Source of the DNA: a bacterium
GTDB taxonomy: Bacteria > Sysuimicrobiota > Sysuimicrobiia > Sysuimicrobiales > Humicultoraceae
DNA: 64,000 bases
NCBI GenBank assembly: GCA_041497675.1
Contig: JBGQGY010000003.1
Span: forward strand, 335 to 64,334
Direction: 5' to 3'
Part shown: positions 24,333 to 35,673 of the stretch, piece after piece
Numbering within the stretch: position 1 is the first letter of the stretch
Layout of the letters: each line of letters starts with the position of its first letter
The notes under the pieces: generated by a model
Told to the model about the DNA's origin: nothing
What the model saw: the letters and a program-made list of their open reading frames with translations, nothing else
The model's database searches: none
Position numbers and translations under genes: made by a program

Positions 24333-25172
24333 CTACGGCGTGACCGGAGGTTTGGCGAATCGCAGATAGTCGGGCGCGGCTCTCGCCGTCAGGCGGAGAC
24401 GCGGCTGCCGCTGAACGACCAACCGCAGGCCCACGGCCCGAAGCCCATCAACGAACCCGCCGCGGATGGCCAGCGCGGCCAACAGCATGTCCGGATCACC
24501 GATGGCTTCGAGCCGGTATGGCGGGCTCAGCCGCGCGCCACCCAGGACGATGCCCGTCTTGGTCTGCTGGACACCTGTCGCGGCCTGAGTACGGATGCCG
24601 TTGATCGCCATGGCCTCGGCGCCCGCGGACCACAACTCGTTGGCCAGTCCTGACAGATCCTGCGCCTCAAGCGTCACCGGGAGGATCCCGCCGGGCCGGG
24701 CGGGGCCCTCGTGAACCGTCACGCTCACTCCGGGGCCCATGACAGGCACCAGCGCCAGCACCAACCGAAGTTGCGCCAGCTCGCGGGCCATGGCTTCCGA
24801 CAACCCGCGGCCCTCGGCCACGGCGGCTTCATAGTCCTGGGTCTGGCGGCGGAGCGACTCCACCTCGACCTCGAGCAGCTTGCGGGCCTCATCCTGCTTG
24901 TGGACCAGAACGGCAAGCTCCTGGAGCCTCCAGGTGGGGAGCGTCGCGGCCTGTCGCAGCGGCTGGCGGCTGCGAAGTTGGGTGGCTACGAGAAATCCGA
25001 CGCCGACGAGAAAAAGCGCAACGGCGGCCGGCCATCGAGACGAAGCGTGACGCACGAACACCAGTATAGCATCGGGACCCGTCGCGCCTCCCCGCTGCCC
25101 CTCACCCTTCGCTGCGGCTGAAAAATCGCGAAAACGAGAGAATTCAAGCGATTCGGCAAGAGATAACGCCAA
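24333..25172 (-). CDS. DUF881-like membrane-anchored protein (tentative)
   Basis: TM helix, coiled coil, then ...MGPGVSVTVHEG...AGAEAMAINGIR... resembling the DUF881 architecture as I recall it. Start codon uncertain. Confidence 0.45.
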   Translation of the reverse strand: MALSLAESLEFSRFRDFSAAAKGEGQRGGATGPDAILVFVRHASSRWPAAVALFLVGVGFLVATQLRSRQPLRQAATLPTWRLQELAVLVHKQDEARKLLEVEVESLRRQTQDYEAAVAEGRGLSEAMARELAQLRLVLALVPVMGPGVSVTVHEGPARPGGILPVTLEAQDLSGLANELWSAGAEAMAINGIRTQAATGVQQTKTGIVLGGARLSPPYRLEAIGDPDMLLAALAIRGGFVDGLRAVGLRLVVQRQPRLRLTARAAPDYLRFAKPPVTP

Positions 25173-25248
25173 AACTTGTCGTATTGGAGCCTGGTGAACC
25201 GAAAATCCCCTTGATATGCCACAGGAAGACTACAACAATAGGAGAGGA

Positions 25249-26935
<1,687 letters not shown>

Positions 26936-26954
26936 AGCACTCACACAACGCGGC

Positions 26955-26993
26955 GGACCCCGGACGAGTCGTTCGGGGTCCGTCTTCTTCTTA
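26955..26993 (+). terminator. intrinsic terminator after groEL (convergent with the amidase gene)
   Basis: GGACCCCG-gacgagtcgtt-CGGGGTCC followed by GTCTTCTTCTT. Confidence 0.6.
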
Positions 26994-27001
26994 GGCCTCC
27001 C

Positions 27002-28423
27002 TTAGCTCGCCGGGGGCCGGCGATCCCGCCAGGGCATCACCGCCTCGAACGCCGCCGCGGCCCGTAGGACCAGCGCGTCCTGCAGCCAGCCCGCAACGAT
27101 CTGTAGCCCGACCGGCAGCCCCGCAGCCGTCCAGCCACACGGCACCGAAATCGCCGGATACCCGCTGAAGTTGAAGGCGAGGGTGGGCACCAGCATATCC
27201 AGATGATCGACGATCGGCCTCCCGGCGATCGTCGAGGGCAGCACCGACGCGAGCGGCGTGGCCGCGACCCCCGTGGTCGGGAGCAGCAACAAATCGTGCG
27301 CCTCGAAAAAACGCCGGAGCCGCTGATGGTAGGCTGAACGCTCGACCTCCGCGCGCCCGATATCTTCACCCGTCAGGGCGCGTCCCGCCTCGATCCGCCG
27401 CACCAGAATCGGATCCATCTGGTCACGCCACTCGTCGAGATATCGGCCAACGGTCGCCTGCCGGATGCCCGCGTTGAGGGCGCGAAACGATGGCACGATG
27501 TTCCCGATCTCCGGCGACGTCGCCTCGATGCGGCAGCCGAGATCTGCAAACCGCCGCGCCGCCGCTTCACAGACGGCCGCGATGGCCGGATCGACGGCCG
27601 CCGCGCCGCCCAGATCCGGGGTCCAGGCGACGCGCAGCCCGCGTACCGACGCCGCATCGGTGACCCGCGCCCACGCCTCGCCGGTGTGCGGCAGTGCCAG
27701 CGGGTCGCGCGGATCCGGTCCGGTGAGCGCTGAAAACATCAGGGCCGCGTCGGCCACAGTGCGCGTGATCGGCCCGTTGGCGCTCATCGCATTCCACGCC
27801 GCCGGGGTTGGATACCGCGCGATCCGCCCCTGAGACGGCTTGAACCCCACCACCCCGCACCAGGATGCGGGGATCCGAATCGATCCGGCAAGATCACTGC
27901 CCTCCGCCAGCGGTCCCAGACCCGCCGCAACGGCCGCCGCGGCGCCGCCACTCGATCCGCCCGCGGTGCGATCAAGCGCCCAGGGATTGGCGGTCGCCCC
28001 AAAGACGCGATTGTCGGTGAAAGGCTTGATGCCAAACTCCGGCGTGTTCGTCTTCCCGATGAGAGTAGCGCCGGCCCCGCGCATCCGCTCGACGATGATC
28101 GCGTCTTCGGCGGGCACGTGGTGCTCAAAGATTTTCGACCCAGACGTCGTGCGGATCCCTTTGGTCGGCGTCAGGTCCTTCAGCGAGTACGGGACGCCGT
28201 GGAGCGGGCCGAGCGGCCCGCCGCGCATCACCGCGGCCTCCGCATCACGCGCCGCCGCCCGGGCGTGATCGGCGGTGACGGTGCAGTACGCGTTGATCCG
28301 TGGGTTGACCCGGGCGATGCGGGCCAGCACGGCTTCGGTCAGCTCGACCGGCGAGACCTCTTTGGCGAGGATCATTCGCGCGAGCTCGACAGCGGTAACC
28401 CAACAGAGGTCTTCGGCACTCAT
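27002..28423 (-). CDS. amidase (amidase-signature family)
   Basis: GGSSGGAAAAVAAG signature. Internal ATG (MSAEDLCWVTAVELA) chosen; the long N-terminal extension of the ORF is not protein-like. Confidence 0.8.
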   Translation of the reverse strand: MSAEDLCWVTAVELARMILAKEVSPVELTEAVLARIARVNPRINAYCTVTADHARAAARDAEAAVMRGGPLGPLHGVPYSLKDLTPTKGIRTTSGSKIFEHHVPAEDAIIVERMRGAGATLIGKTNTPEFGIKPFTDNRVFGATANPWALDRTAGGSSGGAAAAVAAGLGPLAEGSDLAGSIRIPASWCGVVGFKPSQGRIARYPTPAAWNAMSANGPITRTVADAALMFSALTGPDPRDPLALPHTGEAWARVTDAASVRGLRVAWTPDLGGAAAVDPAIAAVCEAAARRFADLGCRIEATSPEIGNIVPSFRALNAGIRQATVGRYLDEWRDQMDPILVRRIEAGRALTGEDIGRAEVERSAYHQRLRRFFEAHDLLLLPTTGVAATPLASVLPSTIAGRPIVDHLDMLVPTLAFNFSGYPAISVPCGWTAAGLPVGLQIVAGWLQDALVLRAAAAFEAVMPWRDRRPPAS

Positions 28424-28532
28424 GGCACGCTCCTTGATCGCGATGTGTACGTGTTGCTTGGGGACTGCCCGCGGTTTGTCCTGCGGGCACCCCCAGCCTG
28501 CGCGCGGGGTATAATTGTATGAGGAGGCGCGT

Positions 28533-30272
28533 ATGCTGCGGATCGGTCTGGCCCAGATCAACACCACCGTGGGCGACATCAACGGCAACGTCCGGCGCGT
28601 CTGTGAGACGATGGATCGCGCGCGCGAGATGGGCGTCGATCTGATCGCCTTCCCCGAGCTCGCGATCCCCGGGTATCCGCCGGAGGACCTGCTGTTGAAG
28701 CCCGACTTCGTCCGGGCCAACCACACGGCGCTCGAGCGCGTCGAAGCCCTCACGCGTGGGCTGACGGCCATCGTGGGGTTTGTCGATGGCGCCGACCGCC
28801 TCTACAACGCCGCGGCGGTCTTCGTGGACGGCACACGAGCCGGTGTGTACCACAAGCATCGTCTGCCGAACTACGGCGTGTTTGACGAAAAACGGTATTT
28901 CCACGCCGGCAACGAATGCCCGGTGTTCAGCCTCAACGGGTCACCGGTCGGCGTGACGATCTGCGAGGACATCTGGTACCCCGGCGGACCGCCCCAGGCC
29001 GTCGCCGCTGGTGGCGCGCTGGTGATTGTCAACATCAACGCGTCACCGTATCACGCGGGCAAGTGGCGCGAGCGCGAACAGATGCTGCGCACCCGCGCCC
29101 AGGACTACGGCGCGGTCATCGCTTATGTCAACCTGGTCGGTGGTCAGGATGAACTGATCTTTGACGGCACGAGCGTCGTGCTCGATCACACCGGGACGGT
29201 GCGCGCGCGTGCGGCGCAATTCGAGGACGATCTGCTCGTGTGCGACGTCGACATCGAAGCCGCGAGACGCGCGCGGCAGCAGCAGTCGCTGCGCGCGCCG
29301 GACGACGAGACGGCGGCCGTCTCGACGCCGCTCATCGATTTGAGGACCCCCATCCCTCCCTCCCGTCCCCTGCTCCCGCCACACCTGATCGAGCCATTGT
29401 CACATGCGGAGGAAGTGTACAACGCGCTGGCACTGGGCCTGCGCGACTACGTCGCCAAGAATGGCTTCAACGAAGTGGTGGTCGGGCTATCCGGCGGGGT
29501 CGACTCGGCGCTCGTGGCCGCGATCGCCGCCGATGCGCTGGCACCCGACCGCGTGCACGTCGCGTTCCTTCCATCATCGTACACGTCGCAGGAAAGCCGT
29601 GTGCTGGCCACTCAGGCGGCGGCGAACCTCGGTGTCCAGGTGATCGACGTCTCGATTGGCACGATCTTCAACGCCTACCTCGACGCGCTCGCGCCCGTCT
29701 TCACCGGCCGTCAGCCCGACGTCGCCGAAGAGAACATCCAGGCTCGCATCCGCGGGACGTTGCTGATGGCGCTCTCGAACAAGTTCGGCTGGCTGCTGCT
29801 CGCGACGGGCAATAAGAGCGAGTACTCGTGCGGGTATGCGACGCTGTACGGTGACATGGCCGGGGGCTTTGCCTTGATCAAAGACGTGCCGAAGATGCTG
29901 GTCTACGAACTGGCGCGATGGCGGAACCGGCGCGGCGAGGTCATCCCCCAGGGCATCATCGACCGCGCCCCCACCGCCGAGCTCCGGCCCGGCCAGAAGG
30001 ACACCGACACCCTGCCGGCCTACGAGATCCTCGACCCGATCCTGAAGCTCTACGTGGAAGAGGACACGCCACCGGACGAGATCGTCGCGCGCGGTTTCGA
30101 CGCGGCGACCGTGGCGCGTGTCATCGCCATGGTCGACCGCAACGAGTACAAGCGCCGCCAGGCGCCGCCCGGGGTCAAGATCACGCCGAAAGCCTTTGGC
30201 CGCGACCGGCGATTGCCGATCACCAACGCCTATCGGAGCGTCGTGTCCTCAAAAACACCCCAACGCGCGTGA
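28533..30272 (+). CDS. nadE: glutamine-dependent NAD+ synthetase (N-terminal nitrilase domain + NAD synthetase domain)
   Basis: CN-hydrolase N-terminal domain (FPELAIPGYPPED, ...ICED...), then SGGVDS PP-loop. RBS GAGGAGG precedes the ATG at 28533. Confidence 0.9.
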   Translation: MLRIGLAQINTTVGDINGNVRRVCETMDRAREMGVDLIAFPELAIPGYPPEDLLLKPDFVRANHTALERVEALTRGLTAIVGFVDGADRLYNAAAVFVDGTRAGVYHKHRLPNYGVFDEKRYFHAGNECPVFSLNGSPVGVTICEDIWYPGGPPQAVAAGGALVIVNINASPYHAGKWREREQMLRTRAQDYGAVIAYVNLVGGQDELIFDGTSVVLDHTGTVRARAAQFEDDLLVCDVDIEAARRARQQQSLRAPDDETAAVSTPLIDLRTPIPPSRPLLPPHLIEPLSHAEEVYNALALGLRDYVAKNGFNEVVVGLSGGVDSALVAAIAADALAPDRVHVAFLPSSYTSQESRVLATQAAANLGVQVIDVSIGTIFNAYLDALAPVFTGRQPDVAEENIQARIRGTLLMALSNKFGWLLLATGNKSEYSCGYATLYGDMAGGFALIKDVPKMLVYELARWRNRRGEVIPQGIIDRAPTAELRPGQKDTDTLPAYEILDPILKLYVEEDTPPDEIVARGFDAATVARVIAMVDRNEYKRRQAPPGVKITPKAFGRDRRLPITNAYRSVVSSKTPQRA

Positions 30273-30360
30273 CGAGTTCAGCGGGTGCCGGCAAAGATCG
30301 ACGGAGCGCCCCACAGGCGCCCCGTCGATCCCAGCTGTGTCACACGTTCTTCCGATCCGG

Positions 30361-32613
30361 CTAGCGCCTGCGCGATCTGTTCTGAGGGCACAGCCTCGGA
30401 TCGTGATTGGGGCTCCGCTCATCGCAAACCGGCTGTCTGATCTGGTTCCGTGGCGGCTGAGGCGCCGGGCGTATCTGCGGCGACATGGGATTGCCCTGTG
30501 GCGTCGGCACCGGCTGCGGCACTTGAACGCGCGGCTGCTGGCGCGGGGCCGGGACCTCGGGCTGCACTTGTCGAGGCGCCGGCTGCGGTGGCACCACCGG
30601 CTGCTGCGGTCTCGGTTGCGGCGCGACCCCACCAGGGTGCGGTGTTGGCATAGGATTCGGCTCGGGCGCTGGCTGCACAATCTGCGGCCGAGGCTGTGGC
30701 GCCGGGGCATTTGGCTGCCGTACCGGCGCGTTCGGCTGCTGTGCCGGGGCATTGGGCTGTGGCGCCTGAGGCGCCGGCTCGTTCGGTCTCCGGCGATGCG
30801 GTGTTGGCACCGCATTTGGCTCGGGCGCGGGTTGCACGATCTGCGGTCTCGGCTGCGGCGCCACGCCACCAGGTTGCTGTGCCGGGGCATTCGGCTGCGG
30901 CGCTGGGGCGTTTGGCTGCCGTACCGGCGCGTTGGGCTGCTGTGCCGGGGCATTGGGCTGTGGCGCCTGAGGCGCCGGCTCGTTCGGTCTCCGGCGATGC
31001 GGTGTTGCCACCGCATTCGGCTCGGGCGCCGGCTGGACGATCTGCGGTCTTGGCTGGGGTGCCGGGGCATTCTGTTGAGGCGCGGCCGTAGTTGGCTGTG
31101 GTATCGGAGCGTTCGGCCGCGGTGCTTGAGGCCCAGGCGCGACAGGCTGCGCGGGCGCCGGCTGCGGCTCGGCGCGAGGCTCGCGACGCTCGGTCGCGCG
31201 CCTGACCGGAACCGCTCGCATCTGCGCCCCCGGCGCGCTCACCTGCGGCCTGATCGGCGCGGGCGGACCGTGGCGGACAACGACCGGTCGCTGCTCCACG
31301 ACCGCCGGAGGCCGGTGCGAACCCACGCCTCCTTGCGGCCGGCCCAGCATGCTTTCGACCCTGGGCTGCATCGGAGCGCCGGCTGCGACCCTGGCGTGCT
31401 CCAGGTCGGCCCGCGGGACCGTGATCAGCGATCCACCGACAACGCCGCCCTGGTTGAATGAACCCCTCCGCACGATCGTGATCGCGTGCGGCGCGTGACG
31501 GTACACGTACCTGACATTCGTAATGTTGATGTTCGTGATATTGATGTTGATGATGTTGATGTTCACGCGGCGGTGATAGACGGGGCTCGCAAAGTAGGGC
31601 GGGACGTACACTTCATGCGGCGCCAGCGGGAACCAGCCGATGGCCTCACCGATCACAATGAAGACAACCAGCGCCGGGGCGAACACCGGCCGCACGACTA
31701 CCGGACCTGGGATCCAGGCCCACACGCCGCCGATCACCACCCAGCGACCGTAGTGGAACGGAGCGAAGCCCCACGGGGCACTGTCCACCCAGGTCCAGCC
31801 CCACGGTGATATCCAGACCCACCGTCCGTCGCGATACGGCGCCCAACCCGATGGAACGCGCGGGAACCACGCGTGCCCGTACCCTCCGACCGTGCGCCAA
31901 GCGCCATAGCGCGGCAGGTCTTCGTATCCCGTCATGGCGGGTGCTACGTATGGAGCGGTGACCTGCAACGCCCGCTCCTCCTCGGCATGCCGCCCGAGCG
32001 ACCATCGCCCAAACTCATCGACAGCCGGCGTCACCACCATCTGGTAGCTGGCGTCCGAGACCAGCGCGGTCTGACCCGAATAGATAGAGAACGTGTAGCT
32101 CGAGGTCGCGACGTCGACCTGACCCTTCCACACGATCACCCGGACGCCGTTATCGTCGGCCTCCAACCGGTAGTGACCCGGACGCACCAGCGCAACAGAT
32201 GCCGATGGTGTCGCCACTTCAAAACGCTCATCAGCGTCGAGTTGGTACAGACTGATGTCAAGCGTGCCCTGGGCGACGCGGAGTTGTGTCGTCTGATCGT
32301 CGAGATTGAGGATGTCGAGTTCGGTCGTCTCGTCCATTCTGATGGCGGTCGATCCGATGTGCAGTTCAGCCCGCCCATTCTGATCGGTCCAAAGCGCGGT
32401 GCCGGTCGTCAGGGGGTAGTTGAGCGTCGCCTGCGCCCACTGGTTGAGCCCACCGGGCGCGTATGATACCGGCCCGTTCATGTAGTTCAGGCGTCCCACA
32501 CGCGCGGGCGGGTCGGATGTCTGCGCCCAGGCCGTGCTTGCGAACTGAGCGGGCATGGCCAGGGGGGCCAGAAGCATCGCAACGACTACGGCGAGTCCGA
32601 GGGCCTTTCGCAT
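30361..32613 (-). CDS. secreted protein with FecR-like/beta-rich domain, YXWGXW-type Trp repeats and long Pro/Gln/Ala-rich tandem-repeat C-terminus
   Basis: Signal peptide MRKALGLAVVVAMLLAPLAMPAQ (AAGGAGGA RBS), W-rich block GWAPYRDGRWVWISPWGWTWVDSAPWGFAPFHYGRWVVIGGVWAW, VNINIININITNINITNV, then ~67-aa repeats (PQPRPQIVQPAPEPNAV.TPHRRRPNEPAPQAPQPNAPAQQPNAPVRQPNAPA). Confidence 0.7.
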   Translation of the reverse strand: MRKALGLAVVVAMLLAPLAMPAQFASTAWAQTSDPPARVGRLNYMNGPVSYAPGGLNQWAQATLNYPLTTGTALWTDQNGRAELHIGSTAIRMDETTELDILNLDDQTTQLRVAQGTLDISLYQLDADERFEVATPSASVALVRPGHYRLEADDNGVRVIVWKGQVDVATSSYTFSIYSGQTALVSDASYQMVVTPAVDEFGRWSLGRHAEEERALQVTAPYVAPAMTGYEDLPRYGAWRTVGGYGHAWFPRVPSGWAPYRDGRWVWISPWGWTWVDSAPWGFAPFHYGRWVVIGGVWAWIPGPVVVRPVFAPALVVFIVIGEAIGWFPLAPHEVYVPPYFASPVYHRRVNINIININITNINITNVRYVYRHAPHAITIVRRGSFNQGGVVGGSLITVPRADLEHARVAAGAPMQPRVESMLGRPQGGVGSHRPPAVVEQRPVVVRHGPPAPIRPQVSAPGAQMRAVPVRRATERREPRAEPQPAPAQPVAPGPQAPRPNAPIPQPTTAAPQQNAPAPQPRPQIVQPAPEPNAVATPHRRRPNEPAPQAPQPNAPAQQPNAPVRQPNAPAPQPNAPAQQPGGVAPQPRPQIVQPAPEPNAVPTPHRRRPNEPAPQAPQPNAPAQQPNAPVRQPNAPAPQPRPQIVQPAPEPNPMPTPHPGGVAPQPRPQQPVVPPQPAPRQVQPEVPAPRQQPRVQVPQPVPTPQGNPMSPQIRPAPQPPRNQIRQPVCDERSPNHDPRLCPQNRSRRR
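30620..31080. repeat. nested tandem repeats (~201-bp unit with ~30-bp sub-repeats) inside the CDS
   Basis: gtgccggggcattgggctgtggcgcctgaggcgccggctcgttcggtctccggcgatgcggtgttg... recurs with a 201-bp period (30741 and 30942). Partial earlier copy from ~30629. Confidence 0.75.
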
Positions 32614-32737
32614 GATGGCGTCCTCCTTGCGGCGATTCTCCATCTGGGATTTGATACGGAGCCCCGGGGCCAAAGGTTCCCGGGCGTATAATCGTTTGTG
32701 AGGGATGACCTGCGGTCGCACGACCGGCGAGGTGATC

Positions 32738-33133
32738 ATGGTAAGACACGTTGGGGTGCTGGTGGCCATCCTCCTGGCGACGGCGTGTCTGTTCTCCGCT
32801 TCGAGCGCGGACGCCGCCAGCCGAACTGTCTCGTTGGACGCTCTCACGGCGGCCAAAGGTTTAGTCGTCGCGAAGGCTCAGGGATCATTAACCGTCCGCG
32901 ACGGGAGGACGGTCATCCAGGTCGTCATCACACCGCAGACCCAGGTTGCGGGACGACGCGCCTCGTTCGCCACGATTGCCATTGACGACGTGGTGCGACT
33001 CGAAGGATTGCTTGCGGCCGATCGACGCCTCGTCGCCACTCGCGTCGAGGTGCTCCTCACGGCCGGTAGCATGACGGCCGTTCGCCGGTCCAAAACGGAG
33101 ACCGACCACACGGTAACGTTGGTGACCTGGTAA
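32738..33133 (+). CDS. small secreted hypothetical protein
   Basis: Signal peptide MVRHVGVLVAILLATACLFSASSADAAS, then a beta-rich sequence. Confidence 0.55.
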   Translation: MVRHVGVLVAILLATACLFSASSADAASRTVSLDALTAAKGLVVAKAQGSLTVRDGRTVIQVVITPQTQVAGRRASFATIAIDDVVRLEGLLAADRRLVATRVEVLLTAGSMTAVRRSKTETDHTVTLVTW

Positions 33134-33156
33134 CCCTGACTACAAAGGAGACCGTT

Positions 33157-33669
33157 GTGCATCCTCTCGAGCACTATGACATCCTGCTGCGCTCGCGTCG
33201 CAAGCTGATGGATTGGGTCCGCGAGCGGACGCCTGAGCAGTACCTGCAGGAGTTCCCGTTTGGCCTCAAGACGATCCGCGCGACGGTCGTCCACCTGGCT
33301 GACGCGGAGTGGCTCTACGGCAAACGCGTCCGCGGCGAGGACTTCCGCTTCGACGACCGTCCGGTCACGCCTCAACGGTATCCCGACCTGGTCTCACTCG
33401 AGCGGGCGTGGAAGGATCTCGAGCTCTCCACCCGGCAGTGGCTCGAGAGGGAACAGGACTGGACCCGGCGGCTGGAGACCATCTCCCGCCTGCCCGGCCG
33501 CAAGCGGATGCGCGTGGTGTTCACGCCCGAGAAGGTAGCGTTTCAGATGTTGTACCACGAGGTCCACCACCGCGCGCAGATCATGGCGATGCTGCGTCAG
33601 ATGGGTGTCGCAGCTGAGAATCTGGATTTTTCACGCAGTGCGTACGAGTGGACGGAGCTTCAGGAGTAA
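33157..33669 (+). CDS. DinB/YfiT-family (DinB_2) metal-dependent protein
   Basis: ATVVHLADAEW...YHEVHHRAQI matches the DinB-family His triad pattern. Confidence 0.7.
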   Translation: MHPLEHYDILLRSRRKLMDWVRERTPEQYLQEFPFGLKTIRATVVHLADAEWLYGKRVRGEDFRFDDRPVTPQRYPDLVSLERAWKDLELSTRQWLEREQDWTRRLETISRLPGRKRMRVVFTPEKVAFQMLYHEVHHRAQIMAMLRQMGVAAENLDFSRSAYEWTELQE

Positions 33670-33793
33670 GACGCCCTGCCCGGCAGCGCGTCGTCTCCTG
33701 GCTAGGTCTCCGGGCGCCTGGGTATGAAGCCCCCAGAGGGGTGCGCACACTCCTCAGGAGCCCGGTATGCCGCGTCGGAGGCCTGTCGTCCGT

Positions 33794-34258
33794 ATGCTCA
33801 CTGGTCTCGCCGTTCTCTTGGCGAGTCTCTGCGGCTCCATCCTGCTCACGCCACCTCTCAGTCTCGCTCAACGTCGCGATCCGTGTGGCTATCGAGAGAC
33901 CGCTGATCACATGACTGAGGTGGTCATTTACAAGAAAGGACCTGGTTTCGAAAGTTACGTCGTGTTCGCGAACCGTGATCTTCGCATGATTTCGACGTAT
34001 GGCACGCTGAGGGCCACGATCAACGATACACCCGTGCCGGTCGGCGGCGATTTTGACTGCAAAGACTTTGAATTCTTCCTCAGGGGGACAGCACGCCAAG
34101 AGGTGCTCGGATACGTCTTCAAGTTGATCCCTCTGACAACGATCCAGTCGGTCCTTCACTGGGGCACGAACGATCCCGCCGACAGGTTCTGCGTACGGTT
34201 GACCGCGACGTACACTGCCGGAAAGGCGATGTGCAAAGAATTCTATGGTCGCCTCTAA
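33794..34258 (+). CDS. secreted hypothetical protein
   Basis: Signal peptide MLTGLAVLLASLCGSILLTPPLSLA. Start chosen at an internal ATG. Confidence 0.5.
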   Translation: MLTGLAVLLASLCGSILLTPPLSLAQRRDPCGYRETADHMTEVVIYKKGPGFESYVVFANRDLRMISTYGTLRATINDTPVPVGGDFDCKDFEFFLRGTARQEVLGYVFKLIPLTTIQSVLHWGTNDPADRFCVRLTATYTAGKAMCKEFYGRL

Positions 34259-34272
34259 GGGAGAAACTCATC

Positions 34273-34896
34273 ATGCGTAGATGGCTGTCGCTCGTCGCCG
34301 TCGTCGGCCTTGGCGTACTCTGCAGCCACACGTCGGCCGCGCCCGCTCAGTCCTCGTCGTGTATGGTGACCCCTGGACGGTCGATCGGCACCCTCACTCT
34401 TGGTGTGGCCCGAGACGAGATGATGAGGCTTTGGGGCGCTCCGGACAGAATCGAGCCGACGAGGGCCGGTGGGCAGTGGATGGAGTTCAGGCTCCTCCGC
34501 CTGGGCGCAGTCGCGCTGAGCGCGGAAGGACGGGTGGTGTTCATCGCGATCTCGGATGACGCGTGTATGAAGACCGTTGAGGGACTCGCGACTGGTGATA
34601 CGCGTGCAAGAGTTCGCGCCGTGTATGGTGACCCAGCGCAGACGGCGGCCGAGTCCTTCTCTGACATCGTCGTCAAGCGGAAGTATCGACTGAGGATAGG
34701 AACCTCGTTCAAAGACTTCCACCTGGACGTCTACCCAGGCCGAGGCTTGGGGATCGTGTCGGCGCAGACCATGCACCTCAACGGTTATACGAGCGACGGC
34801 ACGCCGATTGTGGTGCCGATCGATCCAGAACCGATCGTTGACACGTTTACGGTCGAGGTCGCAAGAGAGCAGGCGATGATCGGCCCACCGAAGTAG
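34273..34896 (+). CDS. secreted hypothetical protein
   Basis: GGAGAAA RBS, then MRRWLSLVAVVGLGVLCSHTSAAPA signal peptide. Confidence 0.55.
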   Translation: MRRWLSLVAVVGLGVLCSHTSAAPAQSSSCMVTPGRSIGTLTLGVARDEMMRLWGAPDRIEPTRAGGQWMEFRLLRLGAVALSAEGRVVFIAISDDACMKTVEGLATGDTRARVRAVYGDPAQTAAESFSDIVVKRKYRLRIGTSFKDFHLDVYPGRGLGIVSAQTMHLNGYTSDGTPIVVPIDPEPIVDTFTVEVAREQAMIGPPK

Positions 34897-35106
34897 TCTT
34901 CGCGTCCTGCCCCACTCAGAAGTTCCCCCGAACGTCGGTGTCAATTGCCTAGCGACTCCCAAGAGATTCTTGCAGCCCGCTCAGCCCCCCGAACGGGAGA
35001 GTACCCGCCGCTCGGAGGATGGTCGTTCGAGCAGGACTCGCCTACCTTTGAGAACACTTAGGCTTTCGTGGTGGTGGCCGGAACGACCCCGAAAGGAGCT
35101 GCGCCG

Positions 35107-35523
35107 ATGAAGAAGATGAAACGCAGAGAGGGTTTCACGCTCACCGAGCTGGTGGTCGTGCTGGCGATCCTCGGCATCTTGCTCTTCTTGGCCGTGCCCC
35201 GCTATCTCGGCCCGCGGAAAAGCGCCCTCGTCGCCGAAGGTGACCACGTCATCCAGGAGCTGAAAGCCATGGCGTGGGGCTACTACCAGCAGCACAACGA
35301 CTTTTCGAACATTACGCTGGAGGCGGTGGGCTTCCAGCCGCCGGGCACAGCCTGCTGGACGTTCTTGTACGTGAACCCGGCCCCGACAGTCGTCAAGATC
35401 ATCGCGCTCGCCAACCCTTCCGGGCGCACGCAGTGCGCCGTGCTGGACCCGACTGACAGGATCGGCCTCTTCCTCAACAATGACGGCTCATCGATGCGCC
35501 TGGCGCCCTGGGAGACGTTGTGA
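35107..35523 (+). CDS. type IV pilin/pseudopilin with prepilin N-terminal cleavage/methylation motif
   Basis: MKKMKRREG|FTLTELVVVLAILGILLFLAV is the classical G/FTLxE class III signal. AAAGGAG RBS. Confidence 0.8.
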   Translation: MKKMKRREGFTLTELVVVLAILGILLFLAVPRYLGPRKSALVAEGDHVIQELKAMAWGYYQQHNDFSNITLEAVGFQPPGTACWTFLYVNPAPTVVKIIALANPSGRTQCAVLDPTDRIGLFLNNDGSSMRLAPWETL

Positions 35524-35536
35524 AAGTGATGTGAAC

Positions 35537-35615
35537 TGGGGTGACCGACGGGATTCGAACCCGCGACCTCCTGGGCCACAGCCAGGCGCTCTCACCAAGC
35601 TGAGCTACGGCCACC
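35537..35615 (-). tRNA. tRNA-His (GTG) with encoded G-1 and CCA
   Basis: Hand-folded: G-1 + GTGGCCG acceptor, D-arm GCTC...GAGC, anticodon stem CCTGG/CCAGG with loop CTGTGGC (anticodon GTG), T-arm GCGGG TTCGAAT CCCGT, discriminator C, CCA. Confidence 0.85.
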
Positions 35616-35673
35616 ACGAACCGCGGCCATTGTAGCACAGTCGCGCGAAACGCCTCAATGCGACGAGCGGTCG

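Noticed and set aside
30118-31461. 447-aa plus ORF full of R/L/W repeats
   Set aside because: Antisense to the tandem-repeat region of the secreted Trp-repeat protein. The repetitive DNA keeps every frame open.
34981-35295. Weak GEMM-like resemblance upstream of the pilin gene (GAACGGGAGAGUACCCGCC...)
   Set aside because: It lacks the GGCAAACC box and the GCAAAGC junction, and overlaps a plausible shadow ORF. Insufficient evidence.
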